Shown in pieces: positions 1 through 13,498 of a stretch of 64,000 nt of DNA (positions within the stretch are counted from its first letter, which is position 1; each line of letters begins with the position of its first letter). The stretch spans positions 496,001-560,000 of the forward strand of contig OX597816.1 of the NCBI GenBank assembly GCA_951406725.2, read 5' to 3'. The DNA is from Octopus vulgaris. Its lineage: Eukaryota. A model generated the notes under the pieces. The model did no database searches. It saw nothing but the letters and a program-made list of their open reading frames with translations, and was not told the DNA's origin. The position numbers and the translations under genes were made by a program.

Positions 1-297
1 TACTATTCTCATTAACCAACTTGAAACTAATTAAGACATTAAGTGAAAACATTGAAAAATGGTAAATCTGTAAAAATAACAACTTGACAAATCAGAGAAT
101 AACTTCACTTTCAGATTCTTGATTTAACCCTTTCATTATTAAATTTTTACTGAAATGCACTGCTTTTGTTGCAATTAATTTTGAAAACAATGTTGAATTT
201 AGTATAATAATTGTCATTATTAATCTTTCGGTTATTATATTTCTGTGGCTTCATTTAATTTTGAAAACTATGAGGAATTTAGGGTTGGGGTAGTAGT

Positions 298-972
298 AGG
301 CACGGTTGTGTGATAAGAAGTTTGCTTCCCAAAACCTGTCTCCAGGTTCAGTCTCACTGCATGGCACCTTGGGCTTATCTTCTACTATAGCATCAAACCA
401 ACCAAAGCCTTATGAGTGGATTTGATAGAAACTGAAAGAAGCTCATCGTATCATCATTTAACGTCCGCTTTCCATGCTAGCATGGGTTGGATGATTTGAC
501 TGAGGACTGGTGAACCAGATGGCTGCACCAGGCTCCAATCTGATCTGACAGAATTTCTACAGCTCGATGCCCTTCCTAACACCAACCACTCCGAGAGTGT
601 TGTGGGTGCTTTTATGTGCCACTGGCACGAGGGCCAGTTTGGCGGTACTGGCAATGGCCACGCTCAAATGGTGTTTTTAATGTGCCACCTGCACAGGAGC
701 CAGTCCAGCAGCATTGGCAACAACCCCGCTCGAATGTTTATATATATATATATATTGTGAGTATGCATGCATATGTATATATACTTGAGTATATGCATCT
801 TTGTGTGTGTGTTGGTGTGTTTATGTCCCTATAATTTATAACAGGCAAAAGAGACTGATAGAATAAGTACCAGGCTTAAAAAGAAAAACGTCCTGGGGTC
901 AGTTCATTTAACTAAAAACTCAAAGGAGAGTGCCCCAGCATGACCACAGCCTGACTGAAACAGGTAAAAGAT
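298..972 (+). mobile_element. tRNA-derived SINE (family C: ..GGCTGTGTGGTAAGAAGTTTGCTTCCC.., CCTTGGGCAAG-type core), interrupted by an RTE 3' fragment
   Basis: Degenerate A/B boxes (GGTTCAGTCTC). Head recurs at ~12555-12690(-), 15685-16110(+), 27990-28380(-), 40900-41032(-), 54860-54990(-) and 62310-62420(-). Tail at 850-972. Confidence 0.75.
450..737 (-). mobile_element. 5'-truncated RTE (GAT-tailed family) 3'UTR fragment
   Basis: (CAT)n followed by TTTAACGTCCGCTTTCCATGCTAGCATGGG, the reverse complement of the 3' end of the ORF-bearing RTE copy at 36086-38570. Confidence 0.9.
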
Positions 973-2674
973 GATATTCACCCATTAATTACTAAATTCC
1001 ACTTAACACACACCATCTTTGTTTCAAACATTCTTGGAATCAATGAAATATTTGGTAAAATAATATCATTATTATTAAGCTGCTACTTTGAAGTAATTAA
1101 CATGAAATTTTGATGGAAAGTTTTAACATGGATAACTTTAAAGCAAGAAGCTTGTATCATAGATTCAGGAATGGTCTTGGTCATGTGGATTAATAGCAGC
1201 ACTCAAATGATGATCTCAGATCAGGGCTGCAGAATGATAAGCCAAATAGTGTGACAATATTATTTATATTGAAGCTATAAAGATAGACATAACTTTCCAG
1301 CTTTCTGTATTCTGGAGGCAAAATTGAGTCTCTTTAATTGTTTGAGGGAAATGAGTATAGTACATTGATGGTATAATCAAATTTGAATATAGTTCCGTGG
1401 TCCAATTTCAATTCCTGATTGGATTCATTTCATTTAAATTTTCTTTGGGAAAAAGAAAAATGTATGTCACAATTAAGAGGAACTGGTGATTGATGAATCA
1501 ATAATTATTTTATAATAATTGAACAGAAACTGCAGATAAGTGACTGCATGAGATTAAGTTTAAATGCATAGTTTTGCAGAGAAAGAGAGGTGACAAAAAG
1601 CCCCTCTTAGCCCAGAGTTCTGAGATAAGATGAGGTTAGTTTGTAGAGGAAGGGAGCTGACCAAGACCCTACATAGAATGGTGTACTGAGGAAAGTTTGG
1701 ATTTTGGTAGAGTTAATAGTTGCTTCCATGAGCAGAACGTGAGTTTTAAGAATGATAAGCTATGCATTAGAAGGATTTGGCTGAGTTTAGAATGGGAATT
1801 CAAAGATTAGAAGGGGACTGGGTAGAGCATAGGTGAATGCAGTTTGGAGCCACAACAGAAGACATTAGAAGATGATGTGAACTGAAATTGAACTCGTGGT
1901 TGAAAGACTTTCAGTTGGAAACATAATCAGGCCAAACATTTTACCCCTTAGACATTATCCACTACATATACAGGTGAATATGATGAGTACATAATTATAA
2001 ATGTAGAAATAATACTACAGTGAGGGACATCTATGACTGGTAGAGTATCAATCTTATTATTAAAAAAGAGCAAAGCTTTTTGTAATCAATGCTTTGCACT
2101 GTATGAACAGCTACAAAGAAGGGCAATTTGGGTGTTTTTAGGTCTGGCATGCGTGGAGAGAATGGTTTGAATTTGCTACGTTTAATAGCAACTCTTGCAA
2201 GAGAATGGGACATTATTTTAGATAGTAAAATGCAAAATGGTACTTGCAACAAATTTATACTTAGGAACAGACAGTGGAACCCAATGCAGACTTCTGATAC
2301 GTAAGATCTTACCGAACCGTCCTATCCATACCAGCATTGATGACGGACGTTAGATTAAGTTTTAAGAAGCAAAATATATCAAAGAAGCATGTGCTGATAT
2401 TTGTCAACGACAGAGTGTTTGTAGACAATGTCAATGGCGTGTTATTCAATGTGAGAAACAATTACAAAAATTCCTAAAATAATTAATCGCAATTATTATG
2501 GTGGTATATCGGCATCAATCAATGTTTATTTACATGAAAACTAAACGCGAAAATTCGTCTCCTAAAAATAAATGCTGACACAGCCCGCTAAGCCTAATTC
2601 TTCATAACGTCTTTGCCAACATTGTAACAAATATTTACAAAGATAATGCTGTAATTTCCGATGTCTTTATAGAG

Positions 2675-2713
2675 GGCCTTCACTGAGGATCGAACACACG
2701 ATCTCTAGTTTAC

Positions 2714-2715
<2 letters not shown>
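2675..2715 (-). pseudogene. 3' half of a tRNA-Thr(TGT)-like sequence; 5' half missing
   Basis: Minus strand reads TTGTAAACTAGAGATCGTGTGTTCGATCCTCAGTGAAGGC (anticodon loop, T-arm GTTCGATCC, acceptor 3' strand); the 5' side is poly-T/(CT)n. Confidence 0.5.
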
Positions 2716-2748
<33 letters not shown>

Positions 2749-3992
2749 ATAAAAAACAGCAATCAACGAAACAGTTAAAGGTTTATCTCGTTATTTGCAG
2801 ATAAGTATTGTTGTTTTCCCGTAGTTTCATTGCAGCTGTTAGCTAATTGTCTCATTAAGTTAGTAACTTTATAAATGTCAATATTAAAAAAAAAAAAGTG
2901 GGGGTTGAATGACCAACCAAAATATATTGTAAATGTTCCGTATTATCCAAGTGCACATTTGGTCAGCTTCCAAACCTTGAAACAAACTAACCGCCCCTAA
3001 TGGTCAAAATAACGACGGAATTTCGGAATAGTATTACTATTACATGGGGTATGACAAGGGCAAGTATTAAGGATCAAAAAGTTTTTTGAATTGAACATTT
3101 TTGAAGGCGGAAAATATTTTCATAATCGTAATTTCCGTTGTAAGAAAAAGAAGAAAAAGAAATGCCTCCTAATTCCTAGCCCTTTTCCTTCCCTATGAAT
3201 TAATGTTGGCTATTCCGAAACTCCAAAGATTAAGGAAAGGTTGAACGAAATCAGGAAGTTGATACTCTATAGCCCCAGGTCAGCCCTGATGAAGCAGACC
3301 TACAATCAAATGCATTCGAACCGTCAGCACCGTGGAGTACTTTTTTTTTTTCTAAGCATGGTGTACCAAAGAATATATTAGCCTATGACAACTCTGATTT
3401 TTTAAGATAGCTGAAGGTATCATAAGGGAGCTTTGGTAACTATTTCAAGCAGCTCGATTCACCACGTATGTCTGCGCCTCATCTCTTTAATAAACAATAT
3501 TATTTTATCTCGATTTGTTATGTTTTAAAAAATTGAGGTTACTTTAAATTTTATTTTACTTTGTTGTTTGATGCGGTTAAATTACTTGTACTTTAAATGT
3601 AATGTTTTAAAATTTTATTTTAATATCAATACATATTTGTGAAACATCTTTATTTTAAAGAAGAAAATTGGTTCATTTCAAAGCTTTTATTTATATTTTA
3701 AAATTTTAAAAAATAAGTTTTAACAAATATATTTTCAGTTTAAAATCTAAACTTAAATGTTTAAGTGTTTACCATTGTAATATTGTTTGTATTTTGATCA
3801 TGAAAAACCCTGTCTTGAAACTAAATGAATGAATTCATATTTAATTTCCTTTCAAGAAATACGCATATTTCTGAAAATAATTTTGGGATTGGAAACAGGA
3901 GTGAGCCAGAAAAATAATGTATGTTTTTGTGGAATAAGATACTTAAAAGGTGAAAGGGGTGAGAAAAAAAGGTTCCATAAAATCTATCTTAC

Positions 3993-4335
3993 CATCAACC
4001 CCAACCACAGGCGTAGCAGGGCGTCGATCTTTGTACTTTGGGGAATAAGTTTGGTGCCGATGTTTTCGGTGTTGGCGATGACGGGAACTGATGGCATGTA
4101 CTTGTGTGGACAGTATACATAGGATGGAAAAAATGAGAATGCAAGACATCAGCAGATGAGGGAATCGCCTGGCATTCTTCGTAAAATGCCTGCCGTGTTT
4201 GTTGTAAATGCTGCTGCGATTGTTGTCATCGGTCGTTGTCTCCGTTCTCTGATCGCCGACAACACAAATATCTGCACTTTCTTTGCTACTATCAGCAACT
4301 CCAAAAATGTATTTAGCCCTTTCCTCTACAGCCAT
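3993..4335 (-). CDS. First coding exon of a host gene encoding a secreted or type-I membrane protein (family not recognised); phase-1 intron follows towards lower coordinates
   Basis: ATG at 4335. Non-repetitive, CpG-retaining ORF with a hydrophobic signal-like stretch (LLMSCILIFSILCILSTQVHA) followed by a basic His/Arg segment. Canonical donor GATG|GTAAGA at 3993/3992 after ...VVGVD-G. A second in-frame Met at 4149 would give a ~19-aa signal peptide. Confidence 0.72.
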
Positions 4336-4679
4336 AATTTAGGGCTGCCAAAGTAATAACAGCATCAGAAAAATATTAATTTCCAAGTTTGGCCTCCTCG
4401 GTTTACTTTATGGAATAAAATTTCCTCTAATTATCGATTTTCTTCATTTCTTTCCAGGTTTCCATTGATTCAACTGGTTGTCTTTGTTTTTCTTAATTCA
4501 GTGCAAAGGATTATCGTTAGATTTCAAAGAAGTTCCTTATTATTTTTCTCTCTTTAAAACAGCCCCCTTCGAAAAAGGCATAGACATCAATTCACGTTGT
4601 ACACGTGCAGAAGAAGATAATAAAAGTGTAAAAGGTGTTCGAGTCTCGAACTTTTGTTTGGCCACTCTCTAAATAGCCA

Positions 4680-4935
4680 TCCACTTTCGCCGTCTCCCTT
4701 GCAGGAACTGAATTTCGCAAGAAACTATCTGACAGTGCGGAGGAGGCCGAATGCCTACACACTCACACATCATACTACCCAACTTCTGCACACCCTTCCA
4801 AACAAGCTCGAATTACCAACAACTTTCCAATTTTCTGCCAGGCTCCACTCTCTCACTATCTCTCTCTCTCTCTCTCTCTCTTTACTCACTCATCCTCTTT
4901 CTCTCTTCTTCACTATCTCTTTCTCTCACTTTCTT
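4680..4935 (-). promoter_or_regulatory. Probable core promoter/5'UTR of the minus-strand gene (Inr-like TCAGTT, GA-repeat tract)
   Basis: CpG-retaining segment; TCAGTT on the minus strand at 4706-4711; (GA)n tract on the minus strand at ~4850-4935 upstream of it. Confidence 0.35.
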
Positions 4936-6869
4936 TCAATTTGTAATAGTTTATGAAGACACATAATACTTCTAGTATAAACTACTTAATCCGTTTTGCA
5001 CGTATCATCTGGTATAACTTAATCCCTTTTGCAACTGTTTAATCCCCCTAACACTTCGCTACTATTTCCTCTTTCCAATATCCAAAATATATTTTCTCCG
5101 ACTTCAATAATCTCCAAAGTTCATTGCTTGTATTTTTTATAACTCTCTCTCTTTCTTCTTCTCTACGAGGCAACAATGAAATGTCATTTCTCTTCTCTCC
5201 TTCCATTCATTCAAATCCTTCCTCACCAAATATAAACTATTTCATTTTCTCTCTACTTCTCCCTTTTTTTATTTCTATTTTTCTATAATATATCCCAATC
5301 CGAGCTGTTTTTCCTTCGGTTGGGAAAGGAAATATTAAAAACGGGGAAGGTGTTACAGATAAAAGCGAATGTTGTATTTTTGATATTAAACTAGATATGA
5401 AATCGGTTGTTTTTTTTTTACATCTTTTTAGAAGGAATTTAACACAAAAACATATTCCTGTACAAAAAATTTATTTTTGCATCATAAACCTCAGCTTATT
5501 CTTTTATATGTTTAATCTCTCGCTGAAAAACAAGCTGAAATTTAAATTTATGCCGTAAAGCAGCGAATATATAAATGTCTTTGCTATGGTCTATTAGTGG
5601 CATTTAATTTCTTGAACTGAGACAGATTAGAAGAGAAATTGACTTCGAAACCTTAAATCCGAATCACTTGTACGTGTGCGCGGGTCTGAAATAAGGTGAG
5701 AGCCCGACTTTGAGAAGAATCAGTACAAAAGAAGAACATAAGAAAGAAAATATTTAACAAATGGAATTTAAAATGAGAATAAAAACAATGAGAGAGATTT
5801 GAATAAAAATTCTCTCGACTGTGAATGTTGAGGGAGGAAACTGAACGGTTAAGTTTAATCCTTATAAGAGGTCAGCGAACTTAAAGAGATGTGATAGGAA
5901 TAAGGAAACGGTAAAAGAGGCAGGAAGAAATAGAAAGAAAAAGAAAAAGTGAAACCTATGTACGAAGAATATGCGGGTTGGCTGGCTTTGGAAAAGAATA
6001 AAAATAAGAGGAAGAAACGATGGAAAGAATTATTTCGAAGAAAAATAGCCAAGCGAGTAGGAAGGAGGGAAAATATAAGAGATATGGAAGATATATATGG
6101 AAGCAAAAGGGGTTGAAGAAACCGAACAAAATATTGCTTTTGAAGTGGGGGAAGTTAAATTAAAACAAAGACTAGGAATAAAAAGCTGGTGTTGGTTTTG
6201 GAGGATGAAAGAAGATAGGTAGAGGTGAATTATGTAAGTTAATAAGATTAAATCAGGTGAAAGGTCGTTATAAAATCCCAAAATGTGGGGTCAGTGTTTA
6301 CCTTGTTATGTGAATAAAATAGCTACCAATCCCCAGATCGGATATTCGACTATCACAGAAGATTTTCTCATTTCATGAAATGAACCCAGTACTTAAAAAT
6401 TCTGTGATTTATTTTTTCCGCTTCCTGGTATCTTTTACATGTTCAGCGTTTTTGTAATGGATATTATTTATGTAATGCTGGGGCAAGAGGCTATCTTTGT
6501 GGATTTTTCACCTGAAAACCAACCGCAAAGAATCCTCGACGCCCTGCAGTCATTGTCGCGGCAAACCTGCGAGCATAACGCATTGATGTTCTCCTTTGTT
6601 TTGCAGTTTGCCGAGATTTTGTGGTCGAAATATATTAACTGAAATGAGTAATTGCTTTTGCCTGTTGATTCGGCCATACGTTGCTCTGAGTCAAATGCGA
6701 AACTTAAGAACAGTAGCCGGGGGGGGGGGGCACGCCTTCTATGGAACGACACCTTTAGGTCTCCTCTATAAGGTTGCATCCGCTTGGGGGGGGGGGGCTC
6801 GCACTCTGGTTACGTCACTACATAACAAAGCGTGACGGGAAAAATTAATCGAGACACTAATATAATCAG

Positions 6870-7085
6870 CATGAGCACCAGTAGAATTGTTTGAGCGGTG
6901 GACAGAATGCTTAATGACATTTTTTCAACTCTCGACGCTCAGAGTTCAAATTCCATTCAGGTCGACTTTGCCTTTCATCCTTTCGGGGTCCATAAAATAA
7001 GTACCAGTTGAGCACTGGGGATCAATATAATCGACTTATACCCTCCCCTAAGACTGCTGGCCTTATACTAAAAATTAGAATAGTT
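6870..7085 (+). mobile_element. tRNA-derived SINE with Meta-domain-like core (family A)
   Basis: GAGTTCAAATTCC B-box followed by GTCGACTTTGCCTTTCATCCTTTCGGGGTC..AAAATAAGTACCAG; same family as 15370-15621. Confidence 0.85.
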
Positions 7086-7160
7086 ATTGCCAGCTATTTT
7101 CCCATGTTTCAAGAAATAGGTTGAACGGGTTCTGCAAAACATTGTAATGGCTTTGCAAAT

Positions 7161-7230
<70 letters not shown>

Positions 7231-9022
7231 TTTTAAGAAAAAGTCTAATGACTTTCAAGTGTTGTTCAGTTTAATCTCTGAGATTTTGTTCTCCTTTCAC
7301 CTGATCCCCTACTTTGAATATTTCCTTTTTTTGCATCGTTTGACCAAGCCAACAATGTTGTCTTTCTTGTATTTATTGGTCAATATAATAAGTGGTAGAA
7401 TTGGTGGGGTGCCCAGTACACTCTGTAAAGTGGTTAGTGATAGGAAGGGCATGCAACCAGGGGTTGTAAATAATTGATTGGAACCTTTCCAATCAATTAA
7501 TTTTAATTGGAATACAGGCCAATCAATTACTGCAATTAATTGTCAATTATTTTGCCAAACATAAAAACACCATGTATTTTGGAGTGTTAGTTTTGATTTA
7601 GATAAGAACCAAAATGATAGGAAAATAAAAGGCACGTCTTATAGTCTCGAAAATGTTCAAAGTTCAATCTTATTGATTTAGAATAGGGAACAAACAACAT
7701 GTATTCTCTACATTGTACAGTAGTTGAAAAACAAATATTGTTTTATTGAAAGAGTTTCTCAAACGAGTTGCACAATTAAAATGTTCTAATATAGCAAAAG
7801 GTGATGAACAATCGCAGGTTTCTGAAACTAGGTCTTCATCCCAGAAAGTGCGATTGACTTTTAGAAAAAAATTGCATTTCTAAATTCATTGCTGTTAAGT
7901 ATTGCCAAAAATTATTAAAAGCGTAACCTGCTGAGCTGAAGAAATGTTCCGAGATGTTGGTAACAAAAATCTACAGTTCAGATATTGCTGAGGTGAAATT
8001 TTATCTTTTTTGTGTTTTTCAAACAAATTGAAGCAAAGCTAACACTCCAAAATCATCATCTTCTACAGGTAAATCACACTTCTGACGTGTCTGTCACCAC
8101 TTTCAGCTGATGTAGAGCAGTCATTTCCTCTGCAGTTAACTCTGCTTTTGCATGTTGCAACATTTTCACAATTCCACTTTCAAAATTTGGGCTGTGCACA
8201 ATGGCTCGCACTGGGAGCAAATATTTTTTAAACTCCTCGTAAGGATACAATGCAAGAATTTGAACATTTCCTGAATCTATTTCTGTTCTTTGCAAGGTGA
8301 CTGTTACTGAATGTAACTTTCCTAAATTGTCTTTTAGTCTGCAGATCATTATGGTTGTGTGAAGTCAACAGATAATCAACCAACTTTGGATCATCTTGAA
8401 AAGAGTTTAAAAATGGCTTGAGCTGGATATACCTCTCAATCATATCATAAGTACTGGACCGATGGGTTTTATTTCTTTGTATAGGTTGCAAAGGCATTTT
8501 TTCTTGAAGTTTACCAACAAGTTTTAATGATTTTATCTGGCCCATCAATGCATTAATTTTATCAAGCAGAACTTCCTGCTTGTCAAGATCAACAGAAACA
8601 GCTTGATTGAATTTATGAGAGGCACATCCAATCAATGGTATTCTACACAAATTTGCTATAGATTGTTCAGTATTATCTCTGGTAACAGCTACAAAATTTT
8701 CAAAATTTTTGTTATAAACACTTAACACATACTCAATAAATTCAACATAATCAGAAGCAGTGAATGATGTTTCACTTGCCTTTGGCGAAAATGCCAGCAA
8801 AACAGTACAATAGCCATGTTGATAATTGCACAAATAAGATGCAAAAAGTCCAATGAAATGTGTCGGACCCTTAGTCTTTGAAGTTCAACAGATATTTTTT
8901 TCCCCAATTCTTGAGCAAGTTTCTCCATGTATTTCTTTAAGATCACACTTGTCATACTTCCCAAGTTTTGTGTATTTACGAGTCAGTGGGTCTTCAGTAA
9001 AGGAAAATGGTTTTAAACCAAC

Positions 9023-9796
9023 ACTTAGGCATCCACATGGGAACCAACCTAAAATTCAGAGAACACCTTGACTCAGTCTGTCTTACTGCAAGAAAGTACA
9101 GCGGGTGGATCTTGCGCACCTTCAAATCAAGAGATACCTCAACAATGAAAACCCTCTGGAACAGTATGATACTTCCGAGGATTGACTACTGTTCTCAGTT
9201 GTGGTCACCAACAACAAAGGGCCAACTATCTAAGATAGAATCGCTCCAAAGAAATTTTACCTCATACTTCTCAGAAACGAGGGACCTGGACTATTGGCAA
9301 AGACTCAAAACCTTGAGGATGTACTCAATAGAAAGAAGATTTGAGCGATACCGAATTATATACATTTGGAAAATGATAGAGCAGAAGGTGCCAAACTTTG
9401 GTATCAAAACCTACCACTCACTGCGCCACGGAAGACGTTGCCAGCTGCCACCAATCAACAAAAAGGCTGGCCAGGCAGCAAAAACCCTGCGAGAATCAAG
9501 TCTGTTGGTTCGAGGAGCACAACTGTTTAACTCCATTCCGGTACATGTCAGAAATCTATCAGGATGCAGTGTGGAATCATTCAAATTGCAACTGGATAGA
9601 TACTTAAGCACCATTAGAGATGAACCCCATCTCCCAGGATATACACAACGAGCACAAACTGACTCAAACTCGCTCCTACACATGTCAAATTTAAGCAGAG
9701 AATACAACCTGGCAACCACACCAGACTCTGAGGGTGGAGTCTTCGACTTGGCCTGAGTATGGACTCAAACCCAAATGAAATGAAATGAAATGAAAT
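9023..9796 (+). mobile_element. 5'-truncated CR1-clade LINE (RT C-terminus) nested in the hAT transposase
   Basis: ORF 9007-9756 (LGIHM..GWILRTF..PRIDYCSQLWSP..YSIERRFERY); (GAAAT)n tail ending 9796; the hAT peptide ..WIEWV/VGLKPFSF resumes on both sides. Confidence 0.9.
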
Positions 9797-10194
9797 ACCC
9801 ACTCAATCCAACCATAAACATTTAAGGCTAAGTAACTGACCAAACTACTTCTTGGTAAAAGAAAACTCAATAACGATGGTTGTCCAGTTGCTCGTATAAT
9901 AGGATAATCTGGATGCTGGTTTTTTTATATGATTCATAATATTTGTCCATCCAGTTCCCTTTTTCTGGGTCAACTTTTTTCCATACATGTCGACTGTCTG
10001 TTTGATTAAAATATTTTCTGATGATTTGCTTGTTTTCATGTGGCATGAGTTAGTTTAAAACAAAAGATATTTCACCGCAATTTAAAATAGAAGATATTTC
10101 ATCACTCAACGGATGAAAGTCTGATTCAGGTAATATGCTGGAGTGGAATTCAAGATGCAGCTACGTTGTAGGCGAATTTACGATTTAATGACTT

Positions 10195-10470
10195 GAAGTG
10201 TGAATCCTTCTCGGCAGTCAGAGCCAAGAATCACTCGGCAGCGATTATTTGACAACATACACAATAGCCAATACCCAAACATGACAGAATATGTGAATCA
10301 TTCTCGGCAGTCCTAACTAAGCGTCAACAGTGGTTATTTGCTAATTCCCAAGCATGATAGAATGTGTATCATTCTCAGCAGTCCAAATCAAGCATCAACA
10401 GTTAACAACATACACAATGGTCAATTCCTAAGCACTACAAAATGTGTGAATCATTCTCAGCAGTCAGAAC
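10195..10470. repeat. Four degenerate 60-90 bp internal tandem units of the hAT element
   Basis: Recurrent core TGTGAATCATTCTC(G/A)GCAGTC with ACAACATACACAAT linkers. Confidence 0.7.
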
Positions 10471-12899
10471 AAAACAACAGCACAATACCTCAAATAATAA
10501 TAGAACACTGTATTTGCCAATTGAACGCCGAATGAAGTATGAGCCATTTGAAAAACTTTCCCTGACAATGTTGCAATTAATTGATATGATAGCAATCAAT
10601 TATTTAATTAGCAGTACGACTCCAATCAATTAATTGGACCAATATATTGCAATTAATTTTGTACAATTCCTGCATGCAACCGTAAAAGTGATGCCACCAA
10701 TCCATCAGGTCCTCTAAAACCATCCAAATCATGCCAGTATGGAAGACAGGCATTACAAGATAATGATGATGCCTGTTAGGAAGCCCATTTCACCACTGAC
10801 CACTCAACTACGACCACAGGGTACTGGACTGCATGACCAAGAACGAGTTGGCATCAACCAGAGATGGAATACATCCAGATTTCAAATAATAAAGATGTCT
10901 AAAACAAAAAATACTAAATCTGATGAGTTCAATTTAAATGTGATGCGGGGAAGAATAGGGATGAAAACAAGAGGAAAGTGAGGAAGTTGAAGAAAAACAA
11001 CAGATGAAAGAGATTGTAATGGATGTATGGAATACGTTTTTATTTGTAGACCAGCTAGCATTAGACTTGAAACCAAATCACTAGTTTTCCTCCTAGCTAG
11101 GTAATGCTATAGATTTTAGTTAAGAACAATAAGACCACAAACACGCTATCCTTAGCTGGTTAATGTTTTCACCACTTGATCTCTAACCCCACTAGATTAG
11201 ATTCACCTGAAATAACAAAACCAGTAGATTACCTTGCCATTATTCTCACATAGATAATACAATATAGCTCTTTGCATTGCTTGTCAGTTTTCCTATCTAT
11301 ACAAGCCTTTTTAGCCTTGCTACACAGAGTTCAACATGCGATGAATGAAGTCATGTCACACACACTGAGATCGACACTAAATGTCCTAAGACATCTTGTC
11401 TTTGTCCCTGTCGCACACACACAGTCAAGAGAGATTGATAGAACTTCGCTTTAATACTGACTGCACACACGCAAAATCAGTGGCCAACTATATCTTTCCT
11501 TTACCACCAAAAATTACAGCTAGCTGATATTTCTCCAACAGATTGCTGACAAATGAGACAATTAGTCACTGCTGCTATAATATCAATTTGTCTGTTTCCT
11601 CTACCAAACTTTCAACCAAGAGATATCTTAGTTAACCAAATTAGGGAGCTATAAACACAGCTATCTTCACCTGGTAAGGTAGTTTATCTCAGTAATATTT
11701 TGAATACTTTAAGGATTGCAAACATAAATTTGAGCACACATCCTTTTCTTCATCTCATTCTTTCACTCTGACATCTATACATTCTATAAGCAACGGTTTG
11801 ACAGTATAAATGTAATTTTAATTGGATCGATGTAGTGGGGTAATGTTTATTCAACAATTTCTCCTAACATCAACCAACTACTACATCCCTACATACTGGT
11901 GACTCCGACATGAAATGTGTTGGAAGGAAAATTCTTAAATGCAGAGAATTTTCATCTCGTGTATCAGAGTATGAATAATACTCATGATATAAGGGATTCT
12001 GATGTAGCACTACATGATAACAAAAACAGACACCTATTGTTTGAAAATGTGGCACATTTGGAACATATTTACATCAAGATGGACTGGACCATTTGAAACT
12101 GAAATGCCATGGAAATAGAGAATACAGCACACCAAAAATGGAATGTGAATTGCAACTGTTAAAACAGAACATGAGTTAAAGAGCAGCCCCATGGTGAACC
12201 TGATAGATGAATAAAATCAAAAGTAAGGGAAATATAGTAAAAAATCAGAGGAAGCATAAAAAAATTGTAATCCTCCTCCTAATCATCGTCATCATTGTTT
12301 TAACATTCACTCTTCCATGCTTACATAAGTCAAATAGAACTAGTTGAGGTAGATTTTCTCTGACCAGATAATGCCCATCCTGTCGTCAACCACTGCCTGC
12401 CTATTGCCAAGCAAACTGATATTTCCCTGTAGCTGGACATGTTTCATGGAAGATTGAAAATAAACATCATTGCTTGTATGATGATGATTGTTTAACAAGC
12501 ATCATTCCATGGTGTCAGCACAAAACAAACACACACATACATATATGTATATATGGTTAGCTTCTTTCGTTTACTAAATTTACTCAAAAGACATTGGTTG
12601 ACCTGAGGCTATAGTTGAAGACACTCGCATAAAGTGAACCCAAAACCAGAAGAGATGGTCAGGAAGCAATCTTCTAAACCAAACAGCCACCATGAAGAAA
12701 TAAAATAGAATAAGAGGAGCCCTAAGTAGAGAAATTGGGAATGGGATTAAGTCTGGTAGGTAGGAATCAGAGAAGTTTGGGAAGTCATTGTTTAACGTCC
12801 GTTCTCCATGCTAGCATGGGTTGGACGGTTCGACCACCGGGGATCTGGGAAGCCAGAAGGCTGCACCAGGTTCCGGTCTGATCTGGCGTGGGAATACCT

Positions 12900-13260
12900 T
12901 GTGTCCGTCACCATCTCTTGAACATGTCACTTTCCTGGCCATCAACACTCTACAATTTCCTTGTGTTGTAGTTGTCTTGATGGAACCCAACAACAACTTT
13001 GGCTGCCTTTTTGAATTCAATACCTCTTTGGATATGTTTATAAAATCAAAAAACAGGGCAATAACCATGATTTTCAAACGCATATTTTTATGCCCAGAAT
13101 TGTTGAAGCATGGAATAAACTACCCTCACTGACTGTCAACTGCTAAGGACACTTTTTCAAAAATTCCACGCTTCCCTAAATTCACCAACACTACTCCTGA
13201 CATGCCCATCCATCTTTATGGCTTTATTGACGTTCACTTTTCTCAATTTTTGTGTTTTAA
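12900..13260 (+). mobile_element. Old CR1-clade LINE 3' fragment (preceded by a short RTE tail at 12790-12890)
   Basis: Residual FMPRIVEAWNKLP motif typical of CR1 ORF2 ends. Confidence 0.6.
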
Positions 13261-13404
13261 CCTGAGCACAGTGCATATACCTCTAGCTTTCATTGCTCTT
13301 TTCTTTACTTGACTTTCTGCTCCTACTTTTACTCTTTTCAGCAGTTATTATTATTATTATATCTGCCCCGCACTCTTACAACCTTCCCAACCATATGTCA
13401 TCTT

Positions 13405-13405
<1 letters not shown>

Positions 13406-13496
<91 letters not shown>
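13406..13496. repeat. (CT)n microsatellite (another at 7164-7225)
   Basis: Direct reading. Confidence 0.95.

Positions 13497-13498
<2 letters not shown>

Larger units (their letters stand above)
7458..10672 (-). mobile_element. hAT-superfamily DNA transposon with decayed transposase
   Basis: Exact 8-bp TSD CATGCAAC (7450-7457, 10673-10680). TIRs CAGGGGTTGTAAATAATT / CAGGAATTGTACAAAATT, with subterminal CAATCAATT motifs. Frameshifted minus-strand ORF pieces: GTGWTNIMNH, NVYGWIEW, PLIGCASHKFNQAV, C-terminal FLKVNRTFWD. Inserted into an old RTE tail. Confidence 0.9.

Noticed and set aside
30-70. Second exon after the minus-strand acceptor TTTTTACAG near 68
   Set aside because: The phase-1 frame hits TAA after 9 codons
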